Of a stretch of DNA of 64,000 nt, positions 18,623 through 29,200 are shown in pieces. Position 1 is the stretch's first letter. Each line of letters begins with the position of its first letter. This DNA is from an uncultured virus (IMG/VR IMGVR_UViG_3300034374_008829). Its lineage: Duplodnaviria > Heunggongvirae > Uroviricota > Caudoviricetes. The DNA lies in the IMG/VR virus record IMGVR_UViG_3300034374_008829. One strand, given 5' to 3'. The position numbers and the translations under genes are program-made. The notes beneath the pieces were generated by a model that worked only from the letters and a program-made list of their open reading frames with translations, made no database searches and had not been told where the DNA came from.

Positions 18623-19076
18623 GCTTTTTGTGCTCGCTGATACCGAGGTCCAAAAGAATGTGGTTAGGCATTGCTGCATTCAGGGAGCAGACGACGCCGA
18701 TGATCTTTGAAACATTTCGCCGGTTTTCACCGAGACTGAGAACCCAGATATCTAGGTCCTCCCGATAGTTCAGAAGACCTTCGGCAGTCATCTCCCCTAA
18801 AACTTCACTGACTAAAGACTCAAGCCGAGGCTCTTCGCTGTAGTCAAGAAGAATTGGATCCCAAACACCATCTCTGATGTCTGAAATGCTGCATAGAGGT
18901 GAGATCGCGTGAACAACCTCGTGGCTCTTTACAGCACCACGAAAAAGCAGGATTGGCCAAACGAACGATCGCACATGAGCCTGAGTAAGTCGCGGAATGT
19001 CATCAATAAGATGACCAACACTTGACGGGCAACTCTCAGACTCGTGCAAGTTCACAGCTAGGCCGGCGCTTGCCAA
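18615..19076 (-). CDS. hypothetical protein
   Basis: 153-aa ORF in operon. Confidence 0.6.
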   Translation of the reverse strand: MASAGLAVNLHESESCPSSVGHLIDDIPRLTQAHVRSFVWPILLFRGAVKSHEVVHAISPLCSISDIRDGVWDPILLDYSEEPRLESLVSEVLGEMTAEGLLNYREDLDIWVLSLGENRRNVSKIIGVVCSLNAAMPNHILLDLGISEHKKHG

Positions 19077-19086
19077 AGTCTTCCGA

Positions 19087-19452
19087 TCAGAAGACTGCTT
19101 CGGCTGCTTTGCTTCCAGCTTGCTCGTTAGAGCCCGAATAGAAGTAAGTCAGTCGAGAATTCTTGACCGTGTAATAGGTCTTGCCGTTGTACTCAGATTG
19201 GACAAGCTGACCATGAACGGTAACAGCGTCACCGCGATTCAGGCGATCAGCAGCAATCTCTGCAGACTTACCAACGACTTCCACGCGGTAAAACTGACCC
19301 ACCTTTTGAGTGTCGTCCTTTTTACCAGGAACCCATTCTTTGTCAAGAACAGAGAAGGTGCCGATCGAGAGATCATTGCCCACCTTTTTGAGTTGGACGG
19401 CTTCAGTGCCTTCCTTGCAAGCGATTGTGCCGCTAATTGAAATGTTTGCCAT
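19087..19452 (-). CDS. ssb: single-stranded DNA-binding protein
   Basis: OB fold pattern GKSAEIAADRLNRGDAVTVHGQL; ends in F. Confidence 0.85.
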   Translation of the reverse strand: MANISISGTIACKEGTEAVQLKKVGNDLSIGTFSVLDKEWVPGKKDDTQKVGQFYRVEVVGKSAEIAADRLNRGDAVTVHGQLVQSEYNGKTYYTVKNSRLTYFYSGSNEQAGSKAAEAVF

Positions 19453-19465
19453 GAGTGTTTGTAGG

Positions 19466-20272
19466 CTAGTTCAGTTTAGCGGACTTGGCTGATTGCTTTA
19501 CTTGTTCAATTAATTTATTGACCTTGCTCATGGTGTATCGACTGCGAGGCAACTTGGCGGCTTGACAGGCTTTATCCAAGCTTCCATGCATGATGTAACA
19601 CAAAATCAAATTAGTCTCTTCTTCATTCACACCAGCTTTTTTGATCTCGTACTCAAGGTCAAGTCGACGCTCGTAATGGTGCTCAGGCTGATGGAACACG
19701 CTTGACTCGATCGGCAACACGTTGATTTTTTCGTCCGGCTCACCATGGTGCTTGCACATCTCATTGATGGATGCCGTGCTGATTGCCCTTCCTGCTGCCT
19801 CACCCCAGCGCTCAACGACAGTCTCGTGTCCCTTGCGGGCATGACCATTGACCAAGAAGTAATGAAGCTCACGCCTCATGTGCTCTGGGACGCGAATGAT
19901 GCTGTCCTCTAGGTAGTACCTGCCCAGTGATTGGTTGATCCATGCGTAGGCATAAGTCGCAAATGTGTAACCCTTGGTCTCATCAAACTTTTCTGCCGCC
20001 CGGCGAAGACCCAGGTACCCCTGCTGCATCAAGTCTTCTGTTCGGCCATCCGCCCAGCTCAGTCCGTTCTGCCTGCGAACGTACATTTTTACAACCTTGA
20101 TGACCAGCTTCAAGTTGTGCACGCACAGCTTGTTGACCAGCTTGATCCTCTTTTTCTCGCTGTCGGCTTCCCTTATTCGACGGGACAACTCGATCACTTC
20201 AGCCTTACTAAGTACCGGATGGCGACCGGCTTGGTTCATCCAGTAATCGAGGGCGTTTTCGGATCGAGGCAT
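19466..20272 (-). CDS. RNA polymerase sigma factor, RpoD/group 2-like
   Basis: HNLKLVIKV, DLMQQGYLGLRRAAEKFDETKGYTFATYAYAWINQSL, IRVPEH. Confidence 0.9.
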   Translation of the reverse strand: MPRSENALDYWMNQAGRHPVLSKAEVIELSRRIREADSEKKRIKLVNKLCVHNLKLVIKVVKMYVRRQNGLSWADGRTEDLMQQGYLGLRRAAEKFDETKGYTFATYAYAWINQSLGRYYLEDSIIRVPEHMRRELHYFLVNGHARKGHETVVERWGEAAGRAISTASINEMCKHHGEPDEKINVLPIESSVFHQPEHHYERRLDLEYEIKKAGVNEEETNLILCYIMHGSLDKACQAAKLPRSRYTMSKVNKLIEQVKQSAKSAKLN

Positions 20273-20434
20273 GGCTCCTTCGGAATCCCTTCAACTATAT
20301 GGAAGAAATCAAAAAAGAAAAGGCCCAAATCGGAAAAGATCCTGAAGACCTTACCGATTCAGACCTCGAAGGTGTAGTCGCTTATGACGACACCATTAAA
20401 AAATTGAGCTAGATGTTCGGCATGAACATCTAAA

Positions 20435-21118
20435 TCAATACATTTCCTCTTCGTAGAGGGAGTTGATTTTGATGATGTCCTCGTCGGACTTTGCGTTAAG
20501 GGTTTTGACTCCGGTGGCGTAATCACCGTTGAGCTTGCCAACAAGGGCGTCGATCGCGACGGTGGAGAGCCCACGGGTGAGGCACTTCTCGCGAAAGGTC
20601 ACCTCGTCGGTTTTCCCCTTTTCCGCAGTTTTTTCCACAGCCTTGGGCGCTTTAGCCGCACTCTTAGCTTTTGGCGCACTGGTCGCAGGCTGATCATCTT
20701 CGGTCTGACCCCAGCCACTTTCGAGTGGCATTTTTGCCCACAATTCTGCCGCAAGACCAAAAACCATCGCGGCTGCCATGCAGGCACCCCTTCGATGTGT
20801 GTCGGTTACATCGCGGGCAGTGATCTTCTCATAGGCAATCGCATTGTTGCGATTATCCATGATTGCTTGACAGACCGCTGGGGTAACGGAGCCATCAATG
20901 TGTGCAAAGCGGATCATCAGGAATCCGCCAACAGGAGCTTGGTGGATGACACCACCTTGCTCGTTTTTTACAAGCTCCACCATCCAGCCAGGTGCATTCT
21001 GCCGAAGCAGCTGCAAAGTCCGCGACCAGTTGATGTAAGCAGCTTTAAAACTTCCGGAGCCAATTGTCTCAACCAAATCCTTGGTTGCGACGCCAGCCAG
21101 ATTCGGAATTTCTGCCAT
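20435..21118 (-). CDS. Sak3/DUF1071-like single-strand annealing protein
   Basis: YINWS, IMDNRN, ARDVTDTHRRGACMAAAMVFGL; located with ssb and the exonuclease. Confidence 0.75.
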   Translation of the reverse strand: MAEIPNLAGVATKDLVETIGSGSFKAAYINWSRTLQLLRQNAPGWMVELVKNEQGGVIHQAPVGGFLMIRFAHIDGSVTPAVCQAIMDNRNNAIAYEKITARDVTDTHRRGACMAAAMVFGLAAELWAKMPLESGWGQTEDDQPATSAPKAKSAAKAPKAVEKTAEKGKTDEVTFREKCLTRGLSTVAIDALVGKLNGDYATGVKTLNAKSDEDIIKINSLYEEEMY

Positions 21119-21156
21119 CTCAATACAGGGGATACACCCCAGTATGTCGGACGGCT

Positions 21157-21516
21157 TCAGGGTTCCTCAAGCTTTCGCTTCCTCAGGGCAGCGCTGACTT
21201 CGTCAGATGCCAACCGATGAGCGTCTGCAAGAGACCGAGCTTTTTTAGCACATGACCGCCTCCGGTCGTATGCCCTGGTAGATGCCCTGCTGATCAAAAG
21301 CCTTGCCAGGTCTGGGTTTTCACGAATCCACATTTGCCGAAATCCCTTCAACCAACGCCTTGGCCAGCCGGTTGGCTTCCCCACAAGGTTCCAGATTTGA
21401 TCCTCCAGCTCAGGTTTTCTGGTCAGTAATTCGCCCAAAGCTTTCCCACCCATCTCATAAGCGTCTCGGACTTCTTCCTCCCATCCACGCCACATCCCAC
21501 CGGTCTTCAGAGCCAT
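21157..21516 (-). CDS. hypothetical protein
   Basis: 119-aa ORF. Confidence 0.55.
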   Translation of the reverse strand: MALKTGGMWRGWEEEVRDAYEMGGKALGELLTRKPELEDQIWNLVGKPTGWPRRWLKGFRQMWIRENPDLARLLISRASTRAYDRRRSCAKKARSLADAHRLASDEVSAALRKRKLEEP

Positions 21517-21559
21517 CAGCCACCAGCAACTGACCGAAGGTTTCCTGCTGGCAAGTGCC

Positions 21560-21715
21560 CTATAGAAAATTCATAATATTTTCTTTTTCTACACTCTAGA
21601 AATAAATCATATATAGAGAGAAAGTTCATTTTGGACCTTGGCAGGGGTCATTTTCAGCAAACTTGGCTCAAATTGGTCTTTAATCTGAACCTTCAGAGGG
21701 TCCATCCCGGCCATT
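21560..21715. other. candidate replication origin
   Basis: AT-rich tract plus degenerate repeats in the divergent intergenic region upstream of initiator and DnaB. Confidence 0.45.
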
Positions 21716-21747
21716 CCTCGTACACTGTTTGAGCACCCCCAAAGCCC

Positions 21748-22974
21748 ATGAGCAGGAACTATTCCCCAGCCGCTGTGACCGCCGAACAGGGGCATGTTGG
21801 ACAGTTCGTGAAGGTTCCAATGAGTCTCATCATGAGCGAGGAGCTGGATGACAAGGCGCTACTCATTTGGATTCGGTTGCATGCGTATTCGATAAGACCA
21901 AGTCGAGACAAGACGCCTTTCAGGACTTGGAACCAACTAGCTCTGGCGGCTGGTGTCCCTGAATCAACCTTCAAGAGATACAGAGACGATTTGTTCGACC
22001 TTGGACTCTTGAGCCTTGCCGAAGACGGCTTAAGACTCATGATTCACAGCCGTATCGAGAAAATCCAAGAAGACGACTTGATTGAGGGGCTCGACGTCGT
22101 CCTGGTCGAAGATGAAGACGAAGGAATCTCAGAAAGAGACATCATCGACGAGATCTTGGCCATGCCTCGGCGTCCCAAGTCGATGTCTGTTGCTGATCGC
22201 TGGGCTCTTGCCAGAAGAGAATGGAACAAATGGAAACCCGCTCACTGGCCAGACCTCAAGAACAGGGATAGCCAAGGGATGATTGCCGTTTGCTTACACT
22301 TGAAGCGCTTCGGTCTTGAGCATGATTCCTATGACGTGCTGTTCAGGAACGTCCTCCTAGCGGTCGCTCAGGACGATTGGTGGATGAATCATTTCAGAGG
22401 CAAAGGTTCCATGGGGGCAGTGTTCGGCAGAGGTGAAGATATCGATGACAACAAGTTCACAAATGTTCAAAGTCTTTACAACGAGGGGCAGCATATATTC
22501 GAAACAATGCCGCCAGAGAAACTGTTCAAATGGGATGACAGCGACTTGGTGGTTGAACACTGGAATGAAAACTCTTATCAGTTCAAGCGGACTGCTCTTG
22601 AACGAAACTGGGAAGAGACACTGAAAATCGATGTAACCGACTTCCCCCTCGGAATAGAAGCAGATCTGATTCGCGCCTACCAGTACTACCCCTTGGTCGA
22701 GGAGTACCTAAAAAGAGAAGATTTATCCGAGGATCAAATCACTTCTCACAGTATCCTGAAATCAAAGTGTCAAAGGGCTTTGACTGCCTTGGCTGACTTG
22801 GTTAGCGAGGAGCAGCTGAAGTTCTTGGGGACTCTTGACGACCTCTATTGCAAAATCTGGATACTGACCAGAGGGGATGAAGTCGTTGACTGGACAATGC
22901 GTGATATCGACATCCCATTAATTGACGAATCAGGTATTCCTCAAACTTGCCGCCGTCGCATGGAGCTGGGCTGA
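21748..22974 (+). CDS. putative replication initiator (N-terminal winged HTH)
   Basis: FVKVP...TWNQLALAAGVPESTFKRYRDDLFDLGLL; directly upstream of DnaB. Confidence 0.65.
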   Translation: MSRNYSPAAVTAEQGHVGQFVKVPMSLIMSEELDDKALLIWIRLHAYSIRPSRDKTPFRTWNQLALAAGVPESTFKRYRDDLFDLGLLSLAEDGLRLMIHSRIEKIQEDDLIEGLDVVLVEDEDEGISERDIIDEILAMPRRPKSMSVADRWALARREWNKWKPAHWPDLKNRDSQGMIAVCLHLKRFGLEHDSYDVLFRNVLLAVAQDDWWMNHFRGKGSMGAVFGRGEDIDDNKFTNVQSLYNEGQHIFETMPPEKLFKWDDSDLVVEHWNENSYQFKRTALERNWEETLKIDVTDFPLGIEADLIRAYQYYPLVEEYLKREDLSEDQITSHSILKSKCQRALTALADLVSEEQLKFLGTLDDLYCKIWILTRGDEVVDWTMRDIDIPLIDESGIPQTCRRRMELG

Positions 22975-24674
22975 TGAACGAAATCAAATACGAAAACCTT
23001 CCCGAGATCTACCGTCAAGCAGTAGACCTTGGTCTCGTTGAGATCCAAAACAATAAGCTTGTCCAAGTCTCGAATCTGGACTGCGTGCCGCAAGTGGCAA
23101 AGCTCGTCGAGAAAATCAGACCCGAACTTCATCAAGACTTGTTTCTTAAAAGTGACCAGGAAGCAATTGTCCTTTCACGTGTCTTGTCTTCTTCCCCAGA
23201 TGATGCTCGTGAGAAATGGGCAATCCTTAGGCAAGCGCTGGGTGTCAAGCACAAGGCGATCATCCCGCCAAGGCTTTGGTCGAATGAAATCTTTGCAGCA
23301 ATCTCAAACGAGATCGATCAGATTTACCTAGGCAGAAGGGCTGTTACAGAACTTGCCCCGAATACCATTATCAAATCTTACGGAGATCTTGGTCAAGAGC
23401 TTCGCAAGGTATCCATGGTGGAATTCAATTCTCAACTTGCTGAGCTAGCAGAACCAGGCTTCGTTGAAAAATACGGCCACTCCGATAGCCAATACGAGAT
23501 CGCAATTGACGTCCTCAGAGCTGATCGGATGAAAGCCATCAGTCTCGAGATGGCTCACAACGTTCAACTGGCTGGCATGGCAGGCTTCGATCCCCAGAAG
23601 CTTGTTGACTACATGCATGAGCAGGTCAATCTTGTCGATGGCCTAGCCCATGGCGAAATGACCAAGGCTGACAACATCACAGACTTCAGGGAATGCCTGA
23701 TCGGTACTGCAGACGGCCCTGGTCTGATTGATTTACTGACTAGCACTGCACCAGAACTACCCCATTACACCACCGGCAGCGCAGACATCGATGCAGACAT
23801 GGAAGGTGGTATACGTCACTGCGACGACACCAACACTGATGGCAGGATCTTTGTACTGGCTGCAAGAACAGGCGTCGGTAAAACCGTTATCGGTTGCTCC
23901 ATTGCTGCTCGAGCCGCCATCCAAGGGTGTCAATGCGGTTATGTTTCTGTTGAGCTTGGCGAGAGTCAAATCAATGCTCGCTTGGGGGCAGCTATGTCTT
24001 ATCACCTGAAAGCTAGGAGGGAGCTGCAACAATCCATCAAGGTCTCTGACCTGCTAAGCCCCAGCGGGAACACAGAGCATACTGCTCAAACTCTGCTTGA
24101 TATCAACACATATCTGCTTAATGTTAACGGTAACGTTCTCGTCGAAGCACCTTGGCAATCCGACGTCGACAGCGTATGCCTCTCAATCAGGATGATGAAG
24201 GCAAAACGACCCAAACTTCGCTTTGTTGTGATTGACCACTTCCATTGCATGGGTCGCCATAAAGGCGCTCCCTCTGATACTGCCGCCATGCTTGAAGAGC
24301 GGGCTTACAAGTTGACCTCAATCGCAAAGGAACTTGACCTAGACCTTTTGGTCTTGGCTCAGATGAATCGCGTCGGGATGGATGAAAGGCTGAATGCAGA
24401 ACCGTCCCTAGAGCAGATCAGGGGAACTGACGCCCTCAGCCATGTTGCTCATGCTGTTTGGATCGTTAAAAAGTCTAAAGAACAACCTGAAGCAAGGTTT
24501 GGTGAAGTCGCTGTTCCACAGCTTGAAATCCACCACGTCAAGCGCCGAGGTGGCCAAGCAATCTGGCAATACAAAGGAGAAGTCCTTGAGAAGACCTATG
24601 AGCCATTTAATGATGCGGGAAAACTAAATGTGTTATACTCAAACTCCGCATTTAAGGACAGTATATTTCGCTAA
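22974..24674 (+). CDS. dnaB: replicative DNA helicase (DnaB-like)
   Basis: LAARTGVGKT, SVEL, VVIDHF, LAQMNR, IRGTDAL motifs; start ATG 22974. Confidence 0.92.
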   Translation: MNEIKYENLPEIYRQAVDLGLVEIQNNKLVQVSNLDCVPQVAKLVEKIRPELHQDLFLKSDQEAIVLSRVLSSSPDDAREKWAILRQALGVKHKAIIPPRLWSNEIFAAISNEIDQIYLGRRAVTELAPNTIIKSYGDLGQELRKVSMVEFNSQLAELAEPGFVEKYGHSDSQYEIAIDVLRADRMKAISLEMAHNVQLAGMAGFDPQKLVDYMHEQVNLVDGLAHGEMTKADNITDFRECLIGTADGPGLIDLLTSTAPELPHYTTGSADIDADMEGGIRHCDDTNTDGRIFVLAARTGVGKTVIGCSIAARAAIQGCQCGYVSVELGESQINARLGAAMSYHLKARRELQQSIKVSDLLSPSGNTEHTAQTLLDINTYLLNVNGNVLVEAPWQSDVDSVCLSIRMMKAKRPKLRFVVIDHFHCMGRHKGAPSDTAAMLEERAYKLTSIAKELDLDLLVLAQMNRVGMDERLNAEPSLEQIRGTDALSHVAHAVWIVKKSKEQPEARFGEVAVPQLEIHHVKRRGGQAIWQYKGEVLEKTYEPFNDAGKLNVLYSNSAFKDSIFR

Positions 24675-24699
24675 ACTTAAGCGGAGGGGATGATGATTA

Positions 24700-25134
24700 G
24701 TGCGGCGATTTCTTTTTGGTTTACATGCCAAAGTATTGGCTCAATGGCTTCAAGCTATTGATACCTTCCATGATCGCCTGACTGATTTGCTGCTTGATCT
24801 CGGAATCTTTCACCAGCAAGTTGTAGCAAAAGCTGGATATTTTTTGATGAGAGTCCTATATTCTGATCTGCTGGAAGAAACTGAACAGCAAATGGCCCTG
24901 CAAACGCAGACCATGGAACTGACCCTGCTAGCCAAGGCAACAGAGCTTAAAGAACATGCTGTAGAGATTGGTGACTGGACCGAGCATCACACACTAGCTT
25001 TAAATGCTATTGGCAAAGCACTGGTAGAAGACTGCCAGTGGGAAGAGGTACACGTACACGCATACCTTAAGAATGTCGTCGAATCAGTCCCTGGTCTTTA
25101 CTACCAAGCCGGAGAGGAAGACGACGAAGAGTAA
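24700..25134 (+). CDS. hypothetical protein
   Basis: 144-aa ORF. Confidence 0.6.
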   Translation: MRRFLFGLHAKVLAQWLQAIDTFHDRLTDLLLDLGIFHQQVVAKAGYFLMRVLYSDLLEETEQQMALQTQTMELTLLAKATELKEHAVEIGDWTEHHTLALNAIGKALVEDCQWEEVHVHAYLKNVVESVPGLYYQAGEEDDEE

Positions 25135-25149
25135 ATCCGTTATACTGCA

Positions 25150-25232
25150 AGAGCAAAACCAGGGCGGTTTTGCCAGCGCATGGGGGTGTGCTGTGGTTGA
25201 GGGGAGGGCAGTTAACGCTGCCCTTTTCTTTT
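25150..25232 (+). ncRNA. candidate three-hairpin small RNA ending in a terminator
   Basis: TATACT at 25141; GCAAAACC/GGUUUUGC, CAGCGCAU/GUGUGCUG and GAGGGCAG/CUGCCCUU plus U-tract. Confidence 0.45.
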
Positions 25233-25450
25233 ACCTGTGCCCTTCTTCAATAGCTCTCTTTAAGCCTGAGCGCTTAATGTAAAGACCAATCTTACTGTTG
25301 AAGCTGAACAGGGGCTTGCAATAGTAAATTACCTCTCCCGTCTCGCAATCGACATGCTGAGATGGCTCCAAGGCTAAACCTGTGGAGCGCAAATGACTAC
25401 CGTCCCAGTAGTACCCTGGGAGAAAACTAAGAATCTGCTTAGGCATAAAC

Positions 25451-26173
25451 TTAATTGCCTCTGAGATCCATAAACCAGCCATCGCACGAACTCGCAATCA
25501 ACCACCTCCTCATCAAGTGCTCTTTTGAATACTTGACGCCTTTGCCATCAAGAGGTCCACGATCTGGATACCCGCCGTTTAAAAGGTCGAGTTTGCCAAA
25601 TGGATCATGTACATGAAATACATCATCGTCATACCCAATTAGACAAATCCAATGACCGCCACCAGTGGGCGACCCAATGCTCCCGCGATGAAGGATACCT
25701 ATCGGAACAGGAATCCCATCATTTAGCAATTTCTCTAAGTGGCTTTGCGTTCCATCCATGCGGAACTCAGCCATATAACCCAATGAACGAGCTGCTTTTA
25801 CCTGAGCGCTCGAGTCAACACTGTCGCCAAAGCGAAGTACATGTTGGAGATACCAATCATCATCTCCCTCAATTGGATTGCAATCAATGTAATCCAACGC
25901 CATTGCCATGGAGCTGGAAAAACACATTCGCTCTCCGTGCCCCGTCTTGCTGTCCCTCTGATAGAAATAGGGTACATTTAATGGGAACTCTGAATCTTCA
26001 ACAATTTGCGGAGGCCTCGTTTCCATAGCCTCCAAGCCCCTGTACGCCCTTTTAAACGCCTCCAGGACACTTCCCTCCAGAGACGCCTCCAAAGCCTTCC
26101 AGGCGGCTGTCTGATGGCTCTCAGCGCGATAATACTTCGCGGCATTCGCGAGAAACGACTCATCCGCTGCCAC
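25451..26173 (-). CDS. C39-like peptidase, putative endolysin
   Basis: LNVPYFYQRDS, MCFSSSMAM, GGGHWICLIGY, VHDPFG motifs. Confidence 0.82.
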   Translation of the reverse strand: MAADESFLANAAKYYRAESHQTAAWKALEASLEGSVLEAFKRAYRGLEAMETRPPQIVEDSEFPLNVPYFYQRDSKTGHGERMCFSSSMAMALDYIDCNPIEGDDDWYLQHVLRFGDSVDSSAQVKAARSLGYMAEFRMDGTQSHLEKLLNDGIPVPIGILHRGSIGSPTGGGHWICLIGYDDDVFHVHDPFGKLDLLNGGYPDRGPLDGKGVKYSKEHLMRRWLIASSCDGWFMDLRGN

Positions 26174-26222
26174 ATCCTTTTTTCGGCTGGAATATTATGC
26201 CGACAGCACATTAGTGGTCATA

Positions 26223-29200
26223 TTATGTGAACACGACTTTCAAGGTTCCATCAGAAGTGCGGTAAATGTCGCCGTCAACTAATCCGCCAGTCTTGGCTGC
26301 CGCGTTATTAGCGTATACGGGAGGATTAGTAATATCCTGCAATGCCTTCACAATAATCGCCTGCAAACTGTCCGCATTGAATCCCAGCTTGCTGGTGTCG
26401 GTGTTGTCGACTACGACTGGTGATCCACCTTCCAGTGTCAAGATGTCTTGAGCCTTGAAGCCGTAGCGAACTGGACCGTAGGCAGTCGGGGTAGTGCGGT
26501 CGCTGCTGTACTGGTATGAGTAAGGAGTTAGCTGATTAATAAATGACAGTCCGTGAGGCACAGTCGTGTGATTGGTCTGATCACGCTGATCGCCAGTCGT
26601 GGTCCAGCCAGTATGCATATAAGACCTGGCAACTTCACGGCTTCCGAGGGAAATTAAATCGCTCTCAGTAGTTGGCTCAATGACTGGCTTAAAGGAACCT
26701 GACCCACCATGACCGCCAATCACGATGTTTCCGTTGCCAGTGGTAATCGAAATGCCAGCGCTTCTGCCGATACCAATATTGACGCCGCCAAGACAAGCGT
26801 TCAGAGCAGCGGTGCCGACAGCCGTGTTGGAATTGCCAAGCACGTTTTGAGCCAGTGCATTACGACCAAGGGCTACGTTGTTACTACAGGAATCCAGCGC
26901 GTAACCAGCCGCATAGCCAACGCAAGTATTGTCGACGCCAGTATTGATCGAGCGACCAGCAGACATGCCAATCGCGGTGTTCTTGTCCCCAGTGGTAGTC
27001 AGAGCTAACGCCTGATATCCGATGGCTGTATTGTCATTACCCTGCAGACCCAGACCAGCCTGATAACCAACTGCAACACTGCGACTTGTGGTTACGTACT
27101 TCATGGCCTCGCCGCCAATCGCGACGTTGTAACCAGTTGAAGGCGCCTCACATCGGGACATCGAGTTGTAGCCGATTGCGATGTTGTAATCGCCTGGGAT
27201 AGCAAAACCACCGCCCATGGCCCCATAGCCGACGGCAATCGTATTCAGTCCAACCGAAGGGGAGGATGCGGCATTTCCACCAATAGCAATCAGTTGCGTC
27301 GGGGTGGTGGTCATGGTACTGGCAGCCTGATACCCAAGGACGACAGCAGCAGGCATCCCAGGAGATGCGGCCAACGCCTCCGAGCCAAGGACTACAGACT
27401 GACCGCCAGTTGTAGCAACACCAGCGGCATTATGTCCAATGACTACAGTATTGTTAACTGCCGAAGCTGCGTCTGCCGCCAATGCGCCAATAATGACGCT
27501 CGAATCGCTACTGGAATTACTGTTGAATGCCTGACGGCCAATTGCAATATTGTCGCTAGTGTCCCCGCGAAATCGCTGGGTTCCCGAGTAGTAATTGTTA
27601 GCAGTTACATCTTGGGATACAGTGATTGAGTTATTGGCTTGGAAAGTACCAGTAATCGTCATCTGTGTGACGTCGTTGGCAACAAAGGGACCAGTAACAG
27701 TCAGGGAAGTGTTCGTATTGCTGGTAGTAGTAGTTCCGGTAACCGTAAGATTTCCGCCAACAGTAAAGTTATTATTTACAGTAGTAGTTGCCGTGGTTGC
27801 ATCGTGCTTAAACCCAGTCAGGATGTAGCCAGGAGACAATTCACCGTTAGAGATTGAAGGATATTTACCAGCAGTGTCAGCTCCCTCAAAGGAATATCCC
27901 GCACCCCTGCGGCCAGAGTCCTGCGTGACGAAGAAGCCAGTTGGCGTAGTGTAAAGGTTTGAGTTAATTCCAGCGTTAAATGTAACGTTGCCAGTGTTGA
28001 TTGATGCAAGGTGACCACCATAATTATTAAAGACGTGGAAATTGGTGGGAGTGCTGGCACCAGATACAATAAGCCTATCGTCATTGGCGTGCATGGAATA
28101 GCCCCAGTTGGCACCGTCGTCGTAGTTAGTACTGGCTACAGAGTTAATAAGAGAAGGCGTCCCAGATGAGACGTCGTAGATGTGGATATACCTTGTAGCA
28201 GAGCCCGTTTCCGAAATATATAATCTGTTCTCGGTTAAGACCAGTCGACGACCATACAATCCGCCAGCAACTGGAGAGGGCGATGTTAGTTTTACTTCGT
28301 TGGCGCCATCTCTGGTGTACCAGTAAACAGCACCTGCCAGATTGTTTCCGTTCGTGTCGTGATAATACGAGCCAACCGCTAAATTGGTGCTATTGACGCC
28401 GATCTGGTTGCCAAACCTGTCATCAGTATGGCCATCGCTGGCCCTTAACTGGCCTAGGTAGGTTCCGTCCCGATCGCACCAGAGAATACCTCCTTGGTAA
28501 GAGCTGTTTGTGCCCTCAAAGCCGATGTAAATACGGTCGGTTTGCAGGTTGATATGCTTGCCAAAGCCAGAATTCGAACTGTTGACGAGGTATGAGGCGC
28601 TGCTAGAAAGAGTTGCTCTGAGGAAGTACTCCGGGTCTGTAGCTTGACTATAGGGATAGCTGTAACCATTAATCCCCGTTTGGATCAAGACCCTGCTGTG
28701 AGTGTTTCCATCTCCATAGGCCATATGCCCGTTGCTATCAACATAAACGCCGTAAAGTGCAACGTTGGCGCCCATGACGCCGCCATCTAGGTTGTATAGC
28801 GGTCTTTTAGTTACATATGTCCCGTCTTGAGCGTAGACGCTCACATAGTTCTCTGCAGGCTGTCCACTGAATGCATCATCGCTAACAGAGTATCCAACCT
28901 GAGCAACATAGTAGTTGGTGCCGTCGCTAGCTCCATAGCCTCTGTAATAACCGAACAAGGTGTTGTAATTATCGACGTAAGTAACAACTCCCTCAGTCGC
29001 CTCAATCTCACTCTTGGACTCCAAGATGTACGATGCAATGACATCAGAGGCTTGGATATCCGCAGGTCCCCAGTTCGTCCCGTCATAGGCCAAAGCTTGA
29101 CCAGAAGTCGGGGCAGTAGTAGTAGTATCGACGTCAGTCAGATCGTCGAGGACCGACGGTGCAGTGGTGATATAGCCAGCGTCATTGGTCAGGGTGCTAA

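Noticed and set aside
6635..24674. Inteins or group I introns in nrdJ, terL or dnaB
   Set aside because: ORFs are continuous, of normal length, and show no splice motifs
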